DNA from: a bacterium BMS3Abin15
Lineage (GTDB): Bacteria; Patescibacteriota; Minisyncoccia; Moranbacterales; 2-12-FULL-40-10
NCBI GenBank assembly: GCA_002923195.1
Contig: BDTH01000035.1
Location: 1,146-65,145, forward strand
Direction of reading: 5' to 3'
Length of the DNA stretch: 64,000 nucleotides
Both the position numbers and the translations under genes were made by a program. The notes beneath the pieces are model-generated. The model worked only from the letters and a program-made list of their open reading frames with translations, did no database searches and was not told where the DNA came from. Positions 9,158-20,391 of this stretch are shown piece after piece; the first letter of the stretch is position 1; each line of letters begins with the position of its first letter.

Positions 9158-10645
9158 TTATAATTCCTCCCAAAGATCAAGGGAATACTCTGTTCCGGTC
9201 GGAAAATACGGAGGCGGGAAATACAGAAGATTATTGTCGTATAATAAGTTTCTCGTGGCATACCCAGTGCTTCTGGGACAAGTGTCTCCCCAGGCAAAGC
9301 CATATCTCTCACTGGTCGCTATTGATCCGAAGACCGTAATGGTGTCTCTATGATCCTCACAGGATGTCTGGCCGCAGGGACAATATCCCCATCCCCACCA
9401 ATATTTTTTCAAGGAATAATAATCTCTTCCCACTCTTCCATTTTGGGCAACCAAGGCTCCATCAATCCTAAGATCATTTTCGCTGTCTCTGATTATTTCT
9501 ATATCCTTCTCGGCGATAATCCCGATGATGTCGGTGCCGTCATAGTTGGTATATTCTATGTCATGCTCAATAAAAATATTGGGACTTCCTCCGCCTATTA
9601 AGTCGGCTGCTACAATTGTGATTTTTTTTCCATCGACTTTTCCTTCCAGCCAAATATTATCTTCCACGAAAATCACTCCGTTATCAGGAATAGGATAATT
9701 CTGCCACGACCCAGCGTACCTGGTTATATTCTTAAATATTGAATTGTAATTCCTGACTTTTCTGATGTCAAAAGTGCCGTCTGTTTTTAAAATAATATGC
9801 CTGCCACGCCTAGAATTATCAAAATAAGTGCTATTGTCAATTGCCTCCTGTTTCATAACAGCCAGGTCTCCCATCAAGTTGTCAAAGTCTTTGGATGGGA
9901 CCGGATAATCTTTTCCTCCGAGAAAAACATCGCTTGACATATTGGTATTATACTCGCCTGGCCAAGCAGTCCAAACCCCGTCTTTCCATGCTTCGACATC
10001 AAAATCAGAGTCATAATAAGTACTTGTGGAACTGCTAATGGTATTATGGGCCACCCCGTCAAAATGAATCCCTCCGTTAGCATGGAGGGGACCGAAAATT
10101 TCTGTGCCATCTCCAAAACGAATGTAAGATCCCTCGACATCAGACAGCACAGCATATTCACTCCAAGAAGGACGGCGGAAGCGAACTTTTACCACTCTTT
10201 GGGAGTCCGGATTTTTATAGGTCCATCCTGTAGATTCTACAACAACGATAGTAGAGTAAGACTCAGGAGGAGTCACGCTAATGCTAAACTTTCCAATACC
10301 GGCCCCTTGGGGATCTTTATATTCTATCTCGTAAGGAGAATCCACTCCATAAGGATTTCCAGTCTCCCAGAAGTCTTTTATCTGCTGGGCAGTTTTTCCT
10401 TCTATTTCGTGTGCCAAATACCAACGGTAAAAATATATTCCCGCCTCGGAAATCTGAAGTGATTCCTCACGATATGCTTCATAAAAGCCATATTTTATTT
10501 GAGAAGCCACATACTGGATAGTAGAAACTAAAATAACTGTGACGGCTGACATTATCACCAATATATAAACCAATGCGGAGGCTTTCATTTCTTTTTTGGT
10601 TCTACATTCTATATTTATTTTTTTATTGTGATCTATCATATTCAC
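9158..10645 (-). CDS. large pilus-cluster protein with N-terminal hydrophobic anchor and Cys/Trp-rich C-terminus
   Basis: Hydrophobic segment ASALVYILVIMSAVTVILV but no clear G-F/M-T-L-I-E prepilin motif. Embedded among pilin genes. Start uncertain (10645, 10639 or 10588). Confidence 0.5.
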   Translation of the reverse strand: MNMIDHNKKINIECRTKKEMKASALVYILVIMSAVTVILVSTIQYVASQIKYGFYEAYREESLQISEAGIYFYRWYLAHEIEGKTAQQIKDFWETGNPYGVDSPYEIEYKDPQGAGIGKFSISVTPPESYSTIVVVESTGWTYKNPDSQRVVKVRFRRPSWSEYAVLSDVEGSYIRFGDGTEIFGPLHANGGIHFDGVAHNTISSSTSTYYDSDFDVEAWKDGVWTAWPGEYNTNMSSDVFLGGKDYPVPSKDFDNLMGDLAVMKQEAIDNSTYFDNSRRGRHIILKTDGTFDIRKVRNYNSIFKNITRYAGSWQNYPIPDNGVIFVEDNIWLEGKVDGKKITIVAADLIGGGSPNIFIEHDIEYTNYDGTDIIGIIAEKDIEIIRDSENDLRIDGALVAQNGRVGRDYYSLKKYWWGWGYCPCGQTSCEDHRDTITVFGSIATSERYGFAWGDTCPRSTGYATRNLLYDNNLLYFPPPYFPTGTEYSLDLWEEL

Positions 10646-11234
10646 TTAAATTTCTTATCGACGCGTATGATTGAATAACTATATTATTTGGAGTGCGAAT
10701 GGGATCAATATTCACCTCTAGATAAACCTTGGCCATCTTAACATTATTCACGACAGCCGGAGTTGCAAGAAGATTATTATCAATATCATAGTATGAAAAT
10801 ATGGGAGCTTCTGCATTATTAACGACGTAATTGGCAGTATCACTGACCGTCTGATCTCCCACCGGGTAAATCGGAGGCACATCATCAGTCGGTTCGGTAA
10901 CGCCTACTTTAAAATTCCCGTTGTCAAGATAATAATGCACTCTTTCCACGGTGCTATCCCCGTCTATGTCGCTGTAAATAACTAAATCATTATCATTGGC
11001 TGATACTATCGTAAAGGCTCCATTATCGGCTTGTCGCGCATTTCTTATTACATTAATGGTTGTCTGCACTCCTCTGGAAGCGATGAACGACGCCATTCCT
11101 GTTTCTAAAGTAAATGAGTTCATTTGCCAGCTCTTGGTAAATAGCAAGACAAATCCTTCCATACCAATTACAAAAATAGCTATCGCTACTATAGCTTCTA
11201 TAAGCGTCATTCCTTTTTTATTTTTATTCACCAT
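10623..11234 (-). CDS. prepilin-type N-terminal cleavage/methylation domain protein (pilin or minor pilin)
   Basis: KKGMTLIEAIVAIAIFVIGMEG class III signal. Confidence 0.75.
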   Translation of the reverse strand: MVNKNKKGMTLIEAIVAIAIFVIGMEGFVLLFTKSWQMNSFTLETGMASFIASRGVQTTINVIRNARQADNGAFTIVSANDNDLVIYSDIDGDSTVERVHYYLDNGNFKVGVTEPTDDVPPIYPVGDQTVSDTANYVVNNAEAPIFSYYDIDNNLLATPAVVNNVKMAKVYLEVNIDPIRTPNNIVIQSYASIRNLSEYDRSQ

Positions 11235-12607
11235 TAGATTGGATTTAAAACAAACTCCTCCTCTGTCAGATCGTTTATTGTAACGGTTCCATTTTCATCG
11301 CTAAAGCCAGTAGCACTTATTGAAATGTCGTAATCATCATTTTCCAAATTGGCGGTATTGTCAGGAAAATATACCGTTCCATACTTATCGGTTTCCAGTG
11401 TAACATCATACCCATGGGTAGTGTTAACAAGACTCACGCTGGCCTCTTCTACCGATCCTCCCGCGTCATCTTTTACCGTAACAATTAGCGAGGGGATGCT
11501 TTTGTCAGCAATTACAGCATTGATGTCTAACGAACTCCCTGGATCTAATATAAACTTACTATTTTCTAAATCATCTCCTGGATCCATTTTGAAAAGCTTA
11601 TAATCAGTTTCTGAATTCCCCGTAAGCGTAAACTGATATGTTCCCGGACTAACATCATCGACATTTTCTGCTCCCCCAGAATCGGAAGTTAGATCTTCAT
11701 CATAATTATATATGGGGTCACCGGTATCAATATCTGTCCCCAGTGTCCTTCCTCCTATCAGACTGAAGCTTACGTCTCCTATGGCAATATCCAGTGGATC
11801 TATCGTCGTAATATTTATATCGGAAAGAGGATCCATTATTATTGCTTTGACATTAAGCAGTCCTTCTATAACTGAAGCATGTTCATCAGTTGGATTATAA
11901 GCTGTGCCGGGATACGGCGGCATAGTTACTATGGTTTCATATCCATTTTTTGAAAGCCCAATCTCGTATTTATTCATTGATGCTGGAGCTCCGGGAAGCA
12001 GCAAGTTTCCCTCCGAATCAGTCACAGTATCTAAATCAACCCCGACCTCACCATTTGTTAAGCTAATATCTACTGATGGAACTCCACCTCCAGAAGAATT
12101 AATGATGTTAATGGCCAACGTTCCTCCTCCGGCATTGGTTTCCCTCCCTGGAGGAACAAACGTTGAGGCTAAAAAAACTTCCTGGCGAGTTAATTCCTGC
12201 CCCCACTTAACAGTAACTCTGGCTACCTTATAATCATTAGGGATATCATCATTGGGAGATCCGCCTTGAGTTCCGTCAAAAGGATCGTCGTAATATTTTA
12301 TATCTGTTAAAACATGGTATGTTATCTTGTCTACGGTCTCATATTCATCCGAGTCGATAGGTCCGTCGGGTATTCCATCTTCAATTCCTATGTTGTCATA
12401 AGCAAGATTTCTGATAATTTCTATTTTCTGGTTAGCTATTGAAACAGCTCCTAGGCGTTTTTTGGACTCTATTATATGACTCATCCCAAGAGTAAAGACG
12501 GAATAAAAAGTAACAACCACTACAGAAAAAATAAAAAGTAAAGCAAGAGCTTCAATAAGAGTAAAGCCTTTTTTTATTTTTGATTTTTTGTTTTTATTGT
12601 CTAACAT
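11234..12607 (-). CDS. large prepilin-type protein (minor pilin/adhesin-like) with beta-rich repeat body
   Basis: KKGFTLIEALALLFIFSVVVV class III signal, then 400 aa rich in G/D/T/S. Confidence 0.7.
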   Translation of the reverse strand: MLDNKNKKSKIKKGFTLIEALALLFIFSVVVVTFYSVFTLGMSHIIESKKRLGAVSIANQKIEIIRNLAYDNIGIEDGIPDGPIDSDEYETVDKITYHVLTDIKYYDDPFDGTQGGSPNDDIPNDYKVARVTVKWGQELTRQEVFLASTFVPPGRETNAGGGTLAINIINSSGGGVPSVDISLTNGEVGVDLDTVTDSEGNLLLPGAPASMNKYEIGLSKNGYETIVTMPPYPGTAYNPTDEHASVIEGLLNVKAIIMDPLSDINITTIDPLDIAIGDVSFSLIGGRTLGTDIDTGDPIYNYDEDLTSDSGGAENVDDVSPGTYQFTLTGNSETDYKLFKMDPGDDLENSKFILDPGSSLDINAVIADKSIPSLIVTVKDDAGGSVEEASVSLVNTTHGYDVTLETDKYGTVYFPDNTANLENDDYDISISATGFSDENGTVTINDLTEEEFVLNPI

Positions 12608-12615
12608 TGCTTTTA

Positions 12616-13836
12616 TTATATATTTTCCAGTACGCTATACATTGGCTGAAGCATAGCTACGGCGAAAAATCCCACCGCTCCGCCAATAATAAGCATTAAG
12701 ATTGGCTCAATAATAGAAGACAAGTTTTTTGTAATTTGATCGACTTCGTCTTCATAAAACTCAGCTAGTTTTAACAATACTGCCTCAGTCTTTCCTGTTT
12801 CTTCCCCTACTTCGACCATTTGAGATACAAGAGGAGGGAATATGCTGGTGTTCTCCGACAAAATCTTGCTCATGGGTATTCCTTTTTGAACTTTTTCAAT
12901 TCCTTCGTTAATTTTCTTTTTGTAGTAGTAATTGGATAAAGTGTCCGAGACAATTTTCAAGGAATCAACAACAGAAACTCCACTCTTAAGAAGAGAGCTA
13001 TAAATTCTGGAGAAGCGCGCGCAATTTATCTTGATAACCAAATTTTTAATAACAGGAATATTAATCATTAATATGCCGAATGTTTTTCTTCCTATTTCGG
13101 TTCTAGAAAAAACTCTTAAAAATACTGCCAAAAAAACAAATGCTATAATTACAAGTACACTATGATTTTTTAAAAAGTCACTCATGGACATTATAAATAA
13201 AGTAGTGCCTGGGAGTGTTACTTCCATATCCTCAAAAACTCCGGTTATTTTAGGCAGAATGTAGGTGAGCATTAATATCGCCACCCCTATCATTGCTACT
13301 AATATAACTGCGGGATAAACCATTGCTCCCTTTACCTTACTAGAAAGTTCGTGTTCCTTTTCTAGTTGCGTAGCAACAATTTTCAAAATTTCCTCCAGGT
13401 TTCCTGAAACTTCGCCAACTCTTACCATACTTACAAAAAGATTGCTGAAGGTTCCCGGATGCTTAGCCAGGCCATCGCTTAAAGCTTTACCACTTTTTAA
13501 TTCTTCATTGATACTGGCAAGAACTTTTTTAAACTTCTTATTTTTCGTTTGAAATGAAAGGTTGTCAATGGCTCTGTTAATAGTTACTCCTGCCGCTATC
13601 ATAACGCTTAAATTTCTAGCAAACATCATCTTCTCTTTCAATGGAACTTTATTAAAAAAATCAAGTAGCTTAATATTACTGCCCGTGCTTGTTTCTTCTT
13701 TGATTCGCTTAATTGAAGTGACCAAAAAACCATCAGCTTTGAGCTGATGAGCTAGCGACTTCTCATCTTTGGCTATCATTTCACCCCCCTTTGTCTCTCC
13801 GCTATAGCTTTTAGCGGTGTAAATAAATTTGGGCAT
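12616..13836 (-). CDS. pilC: PilC / GspF-family platform protein
   Basis: Two GspF-like repeats with 3-4 TM helices, ~400 aa, adjacent to pilB. Confidence 0.85.
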   Translation of the reverse strand: MPKFIYTAKSYSGETKGGEMIAKDEKSLAHQLKADGFLVTSIKRIKEETSTGSNIKLLDFFNKVPLKEKMMFARNLSVMIAAGVTINRAIDNLSFQTKNKKFKKVLASINEELKSGKALSDGLAKHPGTFSNLFVSMVRVGEVSGNLEEILKIVATQLEKEHELSSKVKGAMVYPAVILVAMIGVAILMLTYILPKITGVFEDMEVTLPGTTLFIMSMSDFLKNHSVLVIIAFVFLAVFLRVFSRTEIGRKTFGILMINIPVIKNLVIKINCARFSRIYSSLLKSGVSVVDSLKIVSDTLSNYYYKKKINEGIEKVQKGIPMSKILSENTSIFPPLVSQMVEVGEETGKTEAVLLKLAEFYEDEVDQITKNLSSIIEPILMLIIGGAVGFFAVAMLQPMYSVLENI

Positions 13837-13839
13837 AAA

Positions 13840-15597
13840 CTATTCCTTAGTTACTCTTAATATTTCTTCTATAGATGTTGACCCTTGAACGGCCTTAACA
13901 AATCCATCCTCAATCATTGTTGCCATTCCATTTTCCCTGGCTTTATTTTCTATTGTTTCCGTAGAAGCCGCCTGGGTAATCAGTTTTTCAATATCTTCAT
14001 TAATTTCTAGAACTTCGTAGATTCCCATTCTTCCGTGATAACCCTCATTATTGCAATGCTCACACCCCCTAGAGCGGTAGAATTTTACATCTCCCCATTT
14101 AGCGTTAGCTTTTATCTTGCCCTTAAGTTCTTCTGACTTTTCAAGAAATTCCAAAAGTTCGTTAATATTAAAATTATCTTCTATGGTTTTAAGTTCTTTT
14201 GTATCTAAACTATACTCTGTTATGCAATCAGGGCACAGACGCCTAACCAGACGCTGGGCGATAATAACATTGACTGTTGAGGCTACTAAAAATGGCTCGG
14301 CGCCTATATCTAATAGGCGCGGCAGAGCTCCTGCTGCACTATTAGTATGCAAAGTTGAAAGAACAAGGTGTCCGGTCATCGCCGCATGAAGGGCAATTTC
14401 CATTGTTTCTTTATCACGAATTTCCCCAACCATTATAATGTCCGGATCCTGACGCAAAAGAGATCTAAGCCCGGCAGCAAAAGTCATTCCTATTTTGGGA
14501 TTTACCTGGGTTTGGTTAATATGCGGCATTCGATACTCCACTGGATCCTCCACAGTACTGATATTCACTTCTGAAGTATTAATAATGTCCATTATAGTAT
14601 AAAGTGTCGTAGTTTTTCCCGATCCAGTAGGCCCGGTAATGAGCACCATTCCATTGGGTTTCTTGATCTGCAGATGGACAATTTCTAAAGGCTTTCCAAT
14701 AAGTCCCATCTTCTCTAGCGTAAGTCCTTTGGATGACTCGTCAAGAAGACGCATCACTACTTTTTCTCCGTCAAATATAGGCAATATGCTTACTCGGAAG
14801 GATATTTTATAATTATCTTTTTCGATTTTAAATCTTCCATCCTGAGGTAGGCGATGTTCATCTAATTTTAAATTGGAAAGTATTTTGATTCTAGCCACAA
14901 CGCCGGAAAGAACTTGCTTCGGAAGAGTCATGGCGTCGTGTAAAATTCCATCAATTCGATACCGAATCCTTACTTCTTTTTCAGCTGGCTCAATATGAAT
15001 ATCACTGGCTGACTGCAAAATAGCATGTTTCAAGAGAGTATCTACAATCTTAATTATAGGAAGACCCTGAGCCACTTTTTCTAAATCTTCTCCCGCTCCT
15101 TCATCATCTTTGTCGCCAACTTCTTTGGAGCTTTTACTTATAATATCCCCGAATTCCGCTTTTAGGCTTTTTTCATATTGTTTAACAACCTCTAAAATAC
15201 TCTCCTTGGAAGTAAGGCAAGGAATTATCCTAAGACCTGTTTTCTTTTTAATAAAATCGATAGTTTGGATATCTTCAGGATTAAGCATGGCTACTTTCAG
15301 GTCGTTTCCGGTCTTTTCAAATGCCAGTATGTTATATTTCTTGGCAATCGGCTGGGGAACTATCTGAAGAATGTCGGGGGGTATTGTTTGCTTTTTTAAA
15401 TCAACAAAAGGAATTCCTAATATATAGGCATAAAGTTTTCTCAATTCTATCTCCTTAATAAGCTTTTCTTCCAGAAGTATGCTTCCTAGTTGCTTCTTCC
15501 CTTTCTCTGCCTTCTCAAAAGCCTTTTCTACTTTTTCCTTAGGAACCATCTCGGAATCCAGTAAAAACTCTTTGAGTTGTTTATTCGCAATTCTCAT
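13840..15597 (-). CDS. pilB: PilB / GspE-family pilus assembly ATPase
   Basis: Walker A GPTGSGKTTT, Asp/His boxes and a C-terminal CxxC..CxxC zinc cluster. Confidence 0.9.
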   Translation of the reverse strand: MRIANKQLKEFLLDSEMVPKEKVEKAFEKAEKGKKQLGSILLEEKLIKEIELRKLYAYILGIPFVDLKKQTIPPDILQIVPQPIAKKYNILAFEKTGNDLKVAMLNPEDIQTIDFIKKKTGLRIIPCLTSKESILEVVKQYEKSLKAEFGDIISKSSKEVGDKDDEGAGEDLEKVAQGLPIIKIVDTLLKHAILQSASDIHIEPAEKEVRIRYRIDGILHDAMTLPKQVLSGVVARIKILSNLKLDEHRLPQDGRFKIEKDNYKISFRVSILPIFDGEKVVMRLLDESSKGLTLEKMGLIGKPLEIVHLQIKKPNGMVLITGPTGSGKTTTLYTIMDIINTSEVNISTVEDPVEYRMPHINQTQVNPKIGMTFAAGLRSLLRQDPDIIMVGEIRDKETMEIALHAAMTGHLVLSTLHTNSAAGALPRLLDIGAEPFLVASTVNVIIAQRLVRRLCPDCITEYSLDTKELKTIEDNFNINELLEFLEKSEELKGKIKANAKWGDVKFYRSRGCEHCNNEGYHGRMGIYEVLEINEDIEKLITQAASTETIENKARENGMATMIEDGFVKAVQGSTSIEEILRVTKE

Positions 15598-15677
15598 ACT
15601 ATGTTTTTATTTTTGATTCTGGTTCTTTTATTTTTTGCTTGTCTTAATATAATTCGCGCAGCCCTTATTCCTATTGA

Positions 15678-16046
15678 CTAGTTCAATGTTTCTTCTATTT
15701 TTTGAACTATTTCTTCCAATTTATAGTCCGCTTTTATTAAATAAGTTGTTGCTCCAAGATCTAAAGCTTTTTGCACATCATCCAAGTTGCCAAGATTGGT
15801 CAGCAAAACTATAGGAATGTTTTTAGTGGATTCGTCAGCTTTCAAATCCTTGATAACTCCGAATCCATCTTTTTTGGGTAAAACAATGTCTAAAAGCAAA
15901 AGGTTTGGATTTTCTTTTTTTACCAGTTCTACTCCATCTTCTCCATTTATAGCTCCGCTAACTTCATACCCCTTGGTAGATAAAAACTTCTTAAGGGTAT
16001 CCTGAAGAATATTGTCATCTTCAATTATTACAATTTTTTTACCCAT
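15678..16046 (-). CDS. single-domain response regulator (CheY-like receiver)
   Basis: KKIVIIEDD...LLLLDIVLPKKDG...PIVLLTN receiver pattern. No output domain. Confidence 0.85.
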   Translation of the reverse strand: MGKKIVIIEDDNILQDTLKKFLSTKGYEVSGAINGEDGVELVKKENPNLLLLDIVLPKKDGFGVIKDLKADESTKNIPIVLLTNLGNLDDVQKALDLGATTYLIKADYKLEEIVQKIEETLN

Positions 16047-16091
16047 AGTTTTGCCGCGACTTATAGCATATAATGGATAACTTATTATAAA

Positions 16092-17063
16092 CTATTTATT
16101 ATTTGGATTATTCCGTTTAATCGGCAGTGAAAAATAAAAGGCTGATCCCTCTTCCTCGACCGACTTGAACCATATTTTTCCCCCTGATTGATCAATAATA
16201 TTTTTAGCTATATACAGCCCCAGTCCGGTTCCTTCTGTTTGATACTTGGCAGCATTGTCACTACGGAAAAATTTCTGAAAAATTATATCATGCTGACTCC
16301 TAGGAATACCGATTCCATTATCTTTAACGCAAACCATAATTTCGTCATTCTTTGCATCAACGCTTATTTCAATATGTCCCTTACTTTTTATATATTTAAT
16401 TGCATTAGAAACGAAGTTATCAATTACCACCTTCATTCTTCTTCTGTCCGCTATAATTTCAGGGACAAAATCCGGCTTTATAAACTTTATTTCTATGTTG
16501 CTCGACTTGGCGAGAAATTTATTTTCCTCAATAACTTCTTCAACGACCTTGACTATGTCCATCTTCTCTTCAGTCAAAATAAACCTTCCTTGTTCTATTC
16601 TAACTACATCCAGGAGGTCATTTACCAATTTAATTATCTTGGTGTTTGAGTTGGTAATGGTCTTGATAATATCCTTCTGCTCCTGATTTAATAGTTTTCC
16701 GTGTTGCGAAAGTAAAAATTCGATTTCCCAGTTAACTTCTGTCAGAGGTGTTTTTAATTGATGAGAAGTAATAGAGATAAACTCTGATTTCATTTTATTA
16801 GCCCTAGCTACTTCCTCTATACTCTTTATAATAAAACTCCCGATAGTAAATAAAACTGCTACTACGGCTATTTCACTGAAAATAAGGATTTCCGGTGAAT
16901 AATTATTACGAGAAATGAAATAAATAGCTGTCATCGCAGTAACAATAACAACACCCATTAATATAAAGAGCACGCTTGGCGCTTGCCATACCTTCACTCC
17001 CAGTTCATTGGCCTGTTTTTTTATATTAAAATCGTCAACAATTCTTCTAATTATTCTTCTCAT
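16092..17063 (-). CDS. membrane sensor histidine kinase
   Basis: Two TM helices, H-box ITSHQLKTPLT, HATPase_c motifs DNGIGIP and GTGLGLYIAK. Confidence 0.85.
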   Translation of the reverse strand: MRRIIRRIVDDFNIKKQANELGVKVWQAPSVLFILMGVVIVTAMTAIYFISRNNYSPEILIFSEIAVVAVLFTIGSFIIKSIEEVARANKMKSEFISITSHQLKTPLTEVNWEIEFLLSQHGKLLNQEQKDIIKTITNSNTKIIKLVNDLLDVVRIEQGRFILTEEKMDIVKVVEEVIEENKFLAKSSNIEIKFIKPDFVPEIIADRRRMKVVIDNFVSNAIKYIKSKGHIEISVDAKNDEIMVCVKDNGIGIPRSQHDIIFQKFFRSDNAAKYQTEGTGLGLYIAKNIIDQSGGKIWFKSVEEEGSAFYFSLPIKRNNPNNK

Positions 17064-17172
17064 TTTTTGCTTGCCCCGTAGCTCCTGCTCACAGGATGCT
17101 ACCGAGGTTTGTATTTTTTTGTATTATTTTTATTAAATTATACCATAAAGCGAGTTTTCTGTGTATCTAAAC

Positions 17173-17204
17173 ATAAAACCTGGCTCCATGTAGCCAAGTT
17201 TTAT
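17173..17204 (-). terminator. hairpin terminator downstream of groEL
   Basis: aaaacctggct / agccaagtttt arms (one mismatch) followed by a T-rich tract on the minus strand. Confidence 0.6.
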
Positions 17205-17253
17205 GCAAAATTATTTAAATATTTGGATTCAACCCGTATTTAATTATCATATT

Positions 17254-18960
<1,707 letters not shown>

Positions 18961-19087
18961 CTATTGAAATTTTAATTTATTAATATCTTAAGCCGAAGGC
19001 GACAACGCACGCAGAATTTTCCATTTAGTAAAATCATTGCTGGTGCTGGAGCTGGAGCTGGGGTCGCCACTTAACCTTATTGCATAA

Positions 19088-19114
19088 CTAGCAACCACTA
19101 AAAGTGACTGCTAA
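19088..19114. promoter_or_regulatory. CIRCE-like inverted repeat (putative HrcA operator) upstream of groEL
   Basis: Minus strand reads TTAGCAGTC-N9-GGTTGCTAG versus consensus TTAGCACTC-N9-GAGTGCTAA. Lies just downstream of a -10 box. Confidence 0.55.
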
Positions 19115-19117
19115 GTT

Positions 19118-19147
19118 ATTATATATAAATTATATGCCTACTGTCAA
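19118..19147 (-). promoter_or_regulatory. sigma70-type promoter for groEL
   Basis: Minus strand TTGACA (19147-19142), 18-nt spacer, TATAAT (19123-19118). Confidence 0.6.
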
Positions 19148-19250
19148 TATCTTATTATCTTAAATTACGAAATGATAAAATTGCGGGAAAAAGCTTGGCT
19201 TTGAGGAGCAATTTTAAATAGCAGCTATGTAGTTTCGTAATTCAAGGCTA

Positions 19251-20273
19251 TTAGATAAAACGCTTTCTTATAATTCTCGACTGTAACTTCTCCGCATTTC
19301 CATGCTTTAGCAAACCTAAATAAGAATCAAGCGTTTTCGGTGCAGAATTTTCTTTTATTCTTTTCATCATCCTTCTTTTTGTTGTTGTCCTTAATATTCT
19401 GTGATCAAAAAAATTCACCCAACCGAGAAAATCAACTCCGGAATAGAGAGTTTCAATGAAAAGCTTATCAGGATGAAGTTCTAATTTCAACCTTTCATAA
19501 AGAAATCTTTTAATTTCTGGGATTAAATCCTTTAGCCATTCTTTGTTTTCCGAAAATATCACAAAATCATCAGCATAACGAATATAATATTTAACTTTTA
19601 ATTTATGTTTAATAAATTGGTCAAATTCATTCATATAAATATTTACGAAGAGTTGCGATGTCAGGTTTCCTAAAGGCAATCCAACATTAATCCTCCTCTC
19701 CTTTTCAAGGAGAGGGCGGGGTGAGGTAAAGCTACTAATAACTTCTCCTAAAAGCCACAATATTTTCTTGTTCGGAATATATCGCGCTAAAATTCCGAGT
19801 AAAATTTTATGGTCAATGCTGGCGAAGAACTTTTTAATATCGCATTTTAAAATCCAGCAAGTTTTTGCATTGTTCTTACTTATAATGTAAGCAAATTTCC
19901 GGAATCTGTTGATAGATTTATGCGTGCCCTTATCTAATCTGCAAGAATATGAATCGGCAATGAATGTTTTGTCAAAAAAGGGGTAAAGTTTTCGGTAAAT
20001 AGCGTGGTGTAATAATCGGTCACGGACAGTGGCTTTATGGATATTTCTCGGTTTGGGATCGGAAATATTAAAAGCTTGATAGCCGCCGTATTTGTAGGTA
20101 TGATTAAGAAGATCATTATGAAGCGAGAAAATATTGTCCATTAAATTCATCTGGAATATCTGCACATCCTTTTTCTGTTTCTTGCCACGCGAAAACTCTT
20201 TCCAGGCTTCTAGTAAATTGTCTAAGGAAATGACTTTATTATAATCTTTCTCAAATTTTACTTTTTCATTCAT
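19251..20273 (-). CDS. DGR-type reverse transcriptase
   Basis: RT motifs including RYADDFVIF (YxDD) and GLPLGNLTSQLFVNIY (the [LIV]GxxxSQ hallmark of DGR RTs). ~340 aa. Start placed at MNEKVKF (ATG 20273); the upstream extension to 20360 reads through a poly-G run. Confidence 0.9.
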   Translation of the reverse strand: MNEKVKFEKDYNKVISLDNLLEAWKEFSRGKKQKKDVQIFQMNLMDNIFSLHNDLLNHTYKYGGYQAFNISDPKPRNIHKATVRDRLLHHAIYRKLYPFFDKTFIADSYSCRLDKGTHKSINRFRKFAYIISKNNAKTCWILKCDIKKFFASIDHKILLGILARYIPNKKILWLLGEVISSFTSPRPLLEKERRINVGLPLGNLTSQLFVNIYMNEFDQFIKHKLKVKYYIRYADDFVIFSENKEWLKDLIPEIKRFLYERLKLELHPDKLFIETLYSGVDFLGWVNFFDHRILRTTTKRRMMKRIKENSAPKTLDSYLGLLKHGNAEKLQSRIIRKRFI

Positions 20274-20391
20274 TATTTTTCTTATTTTTGATATTTGATA
20301 TTTGATTTTTAATTTTCTATTATGACCCCCCCCCAACGGATTACCCGCCGTAATCGCCAAAGAAAAAGAAACTTATCAATTTTGGCTTGTT

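Noticed and set aside
19251-20273. RT as a group II intron maturase or retron RT
   Set aside because: There is no X/maturase or endonuclease domain, and no intron-like domain V/VI or msr/msd structure nearby. The SQ motif plus an adenine-biased TR/VR pair point to a DGR.
20274-20360. N-terminal extension of the RT ORF (MAITAGNPLGGGHNRK...)
   Set aside because: It reads through the poly-G complement of the C9 tract and the heptamer repeats. RT homology begins after the internal MNEKVKF start.
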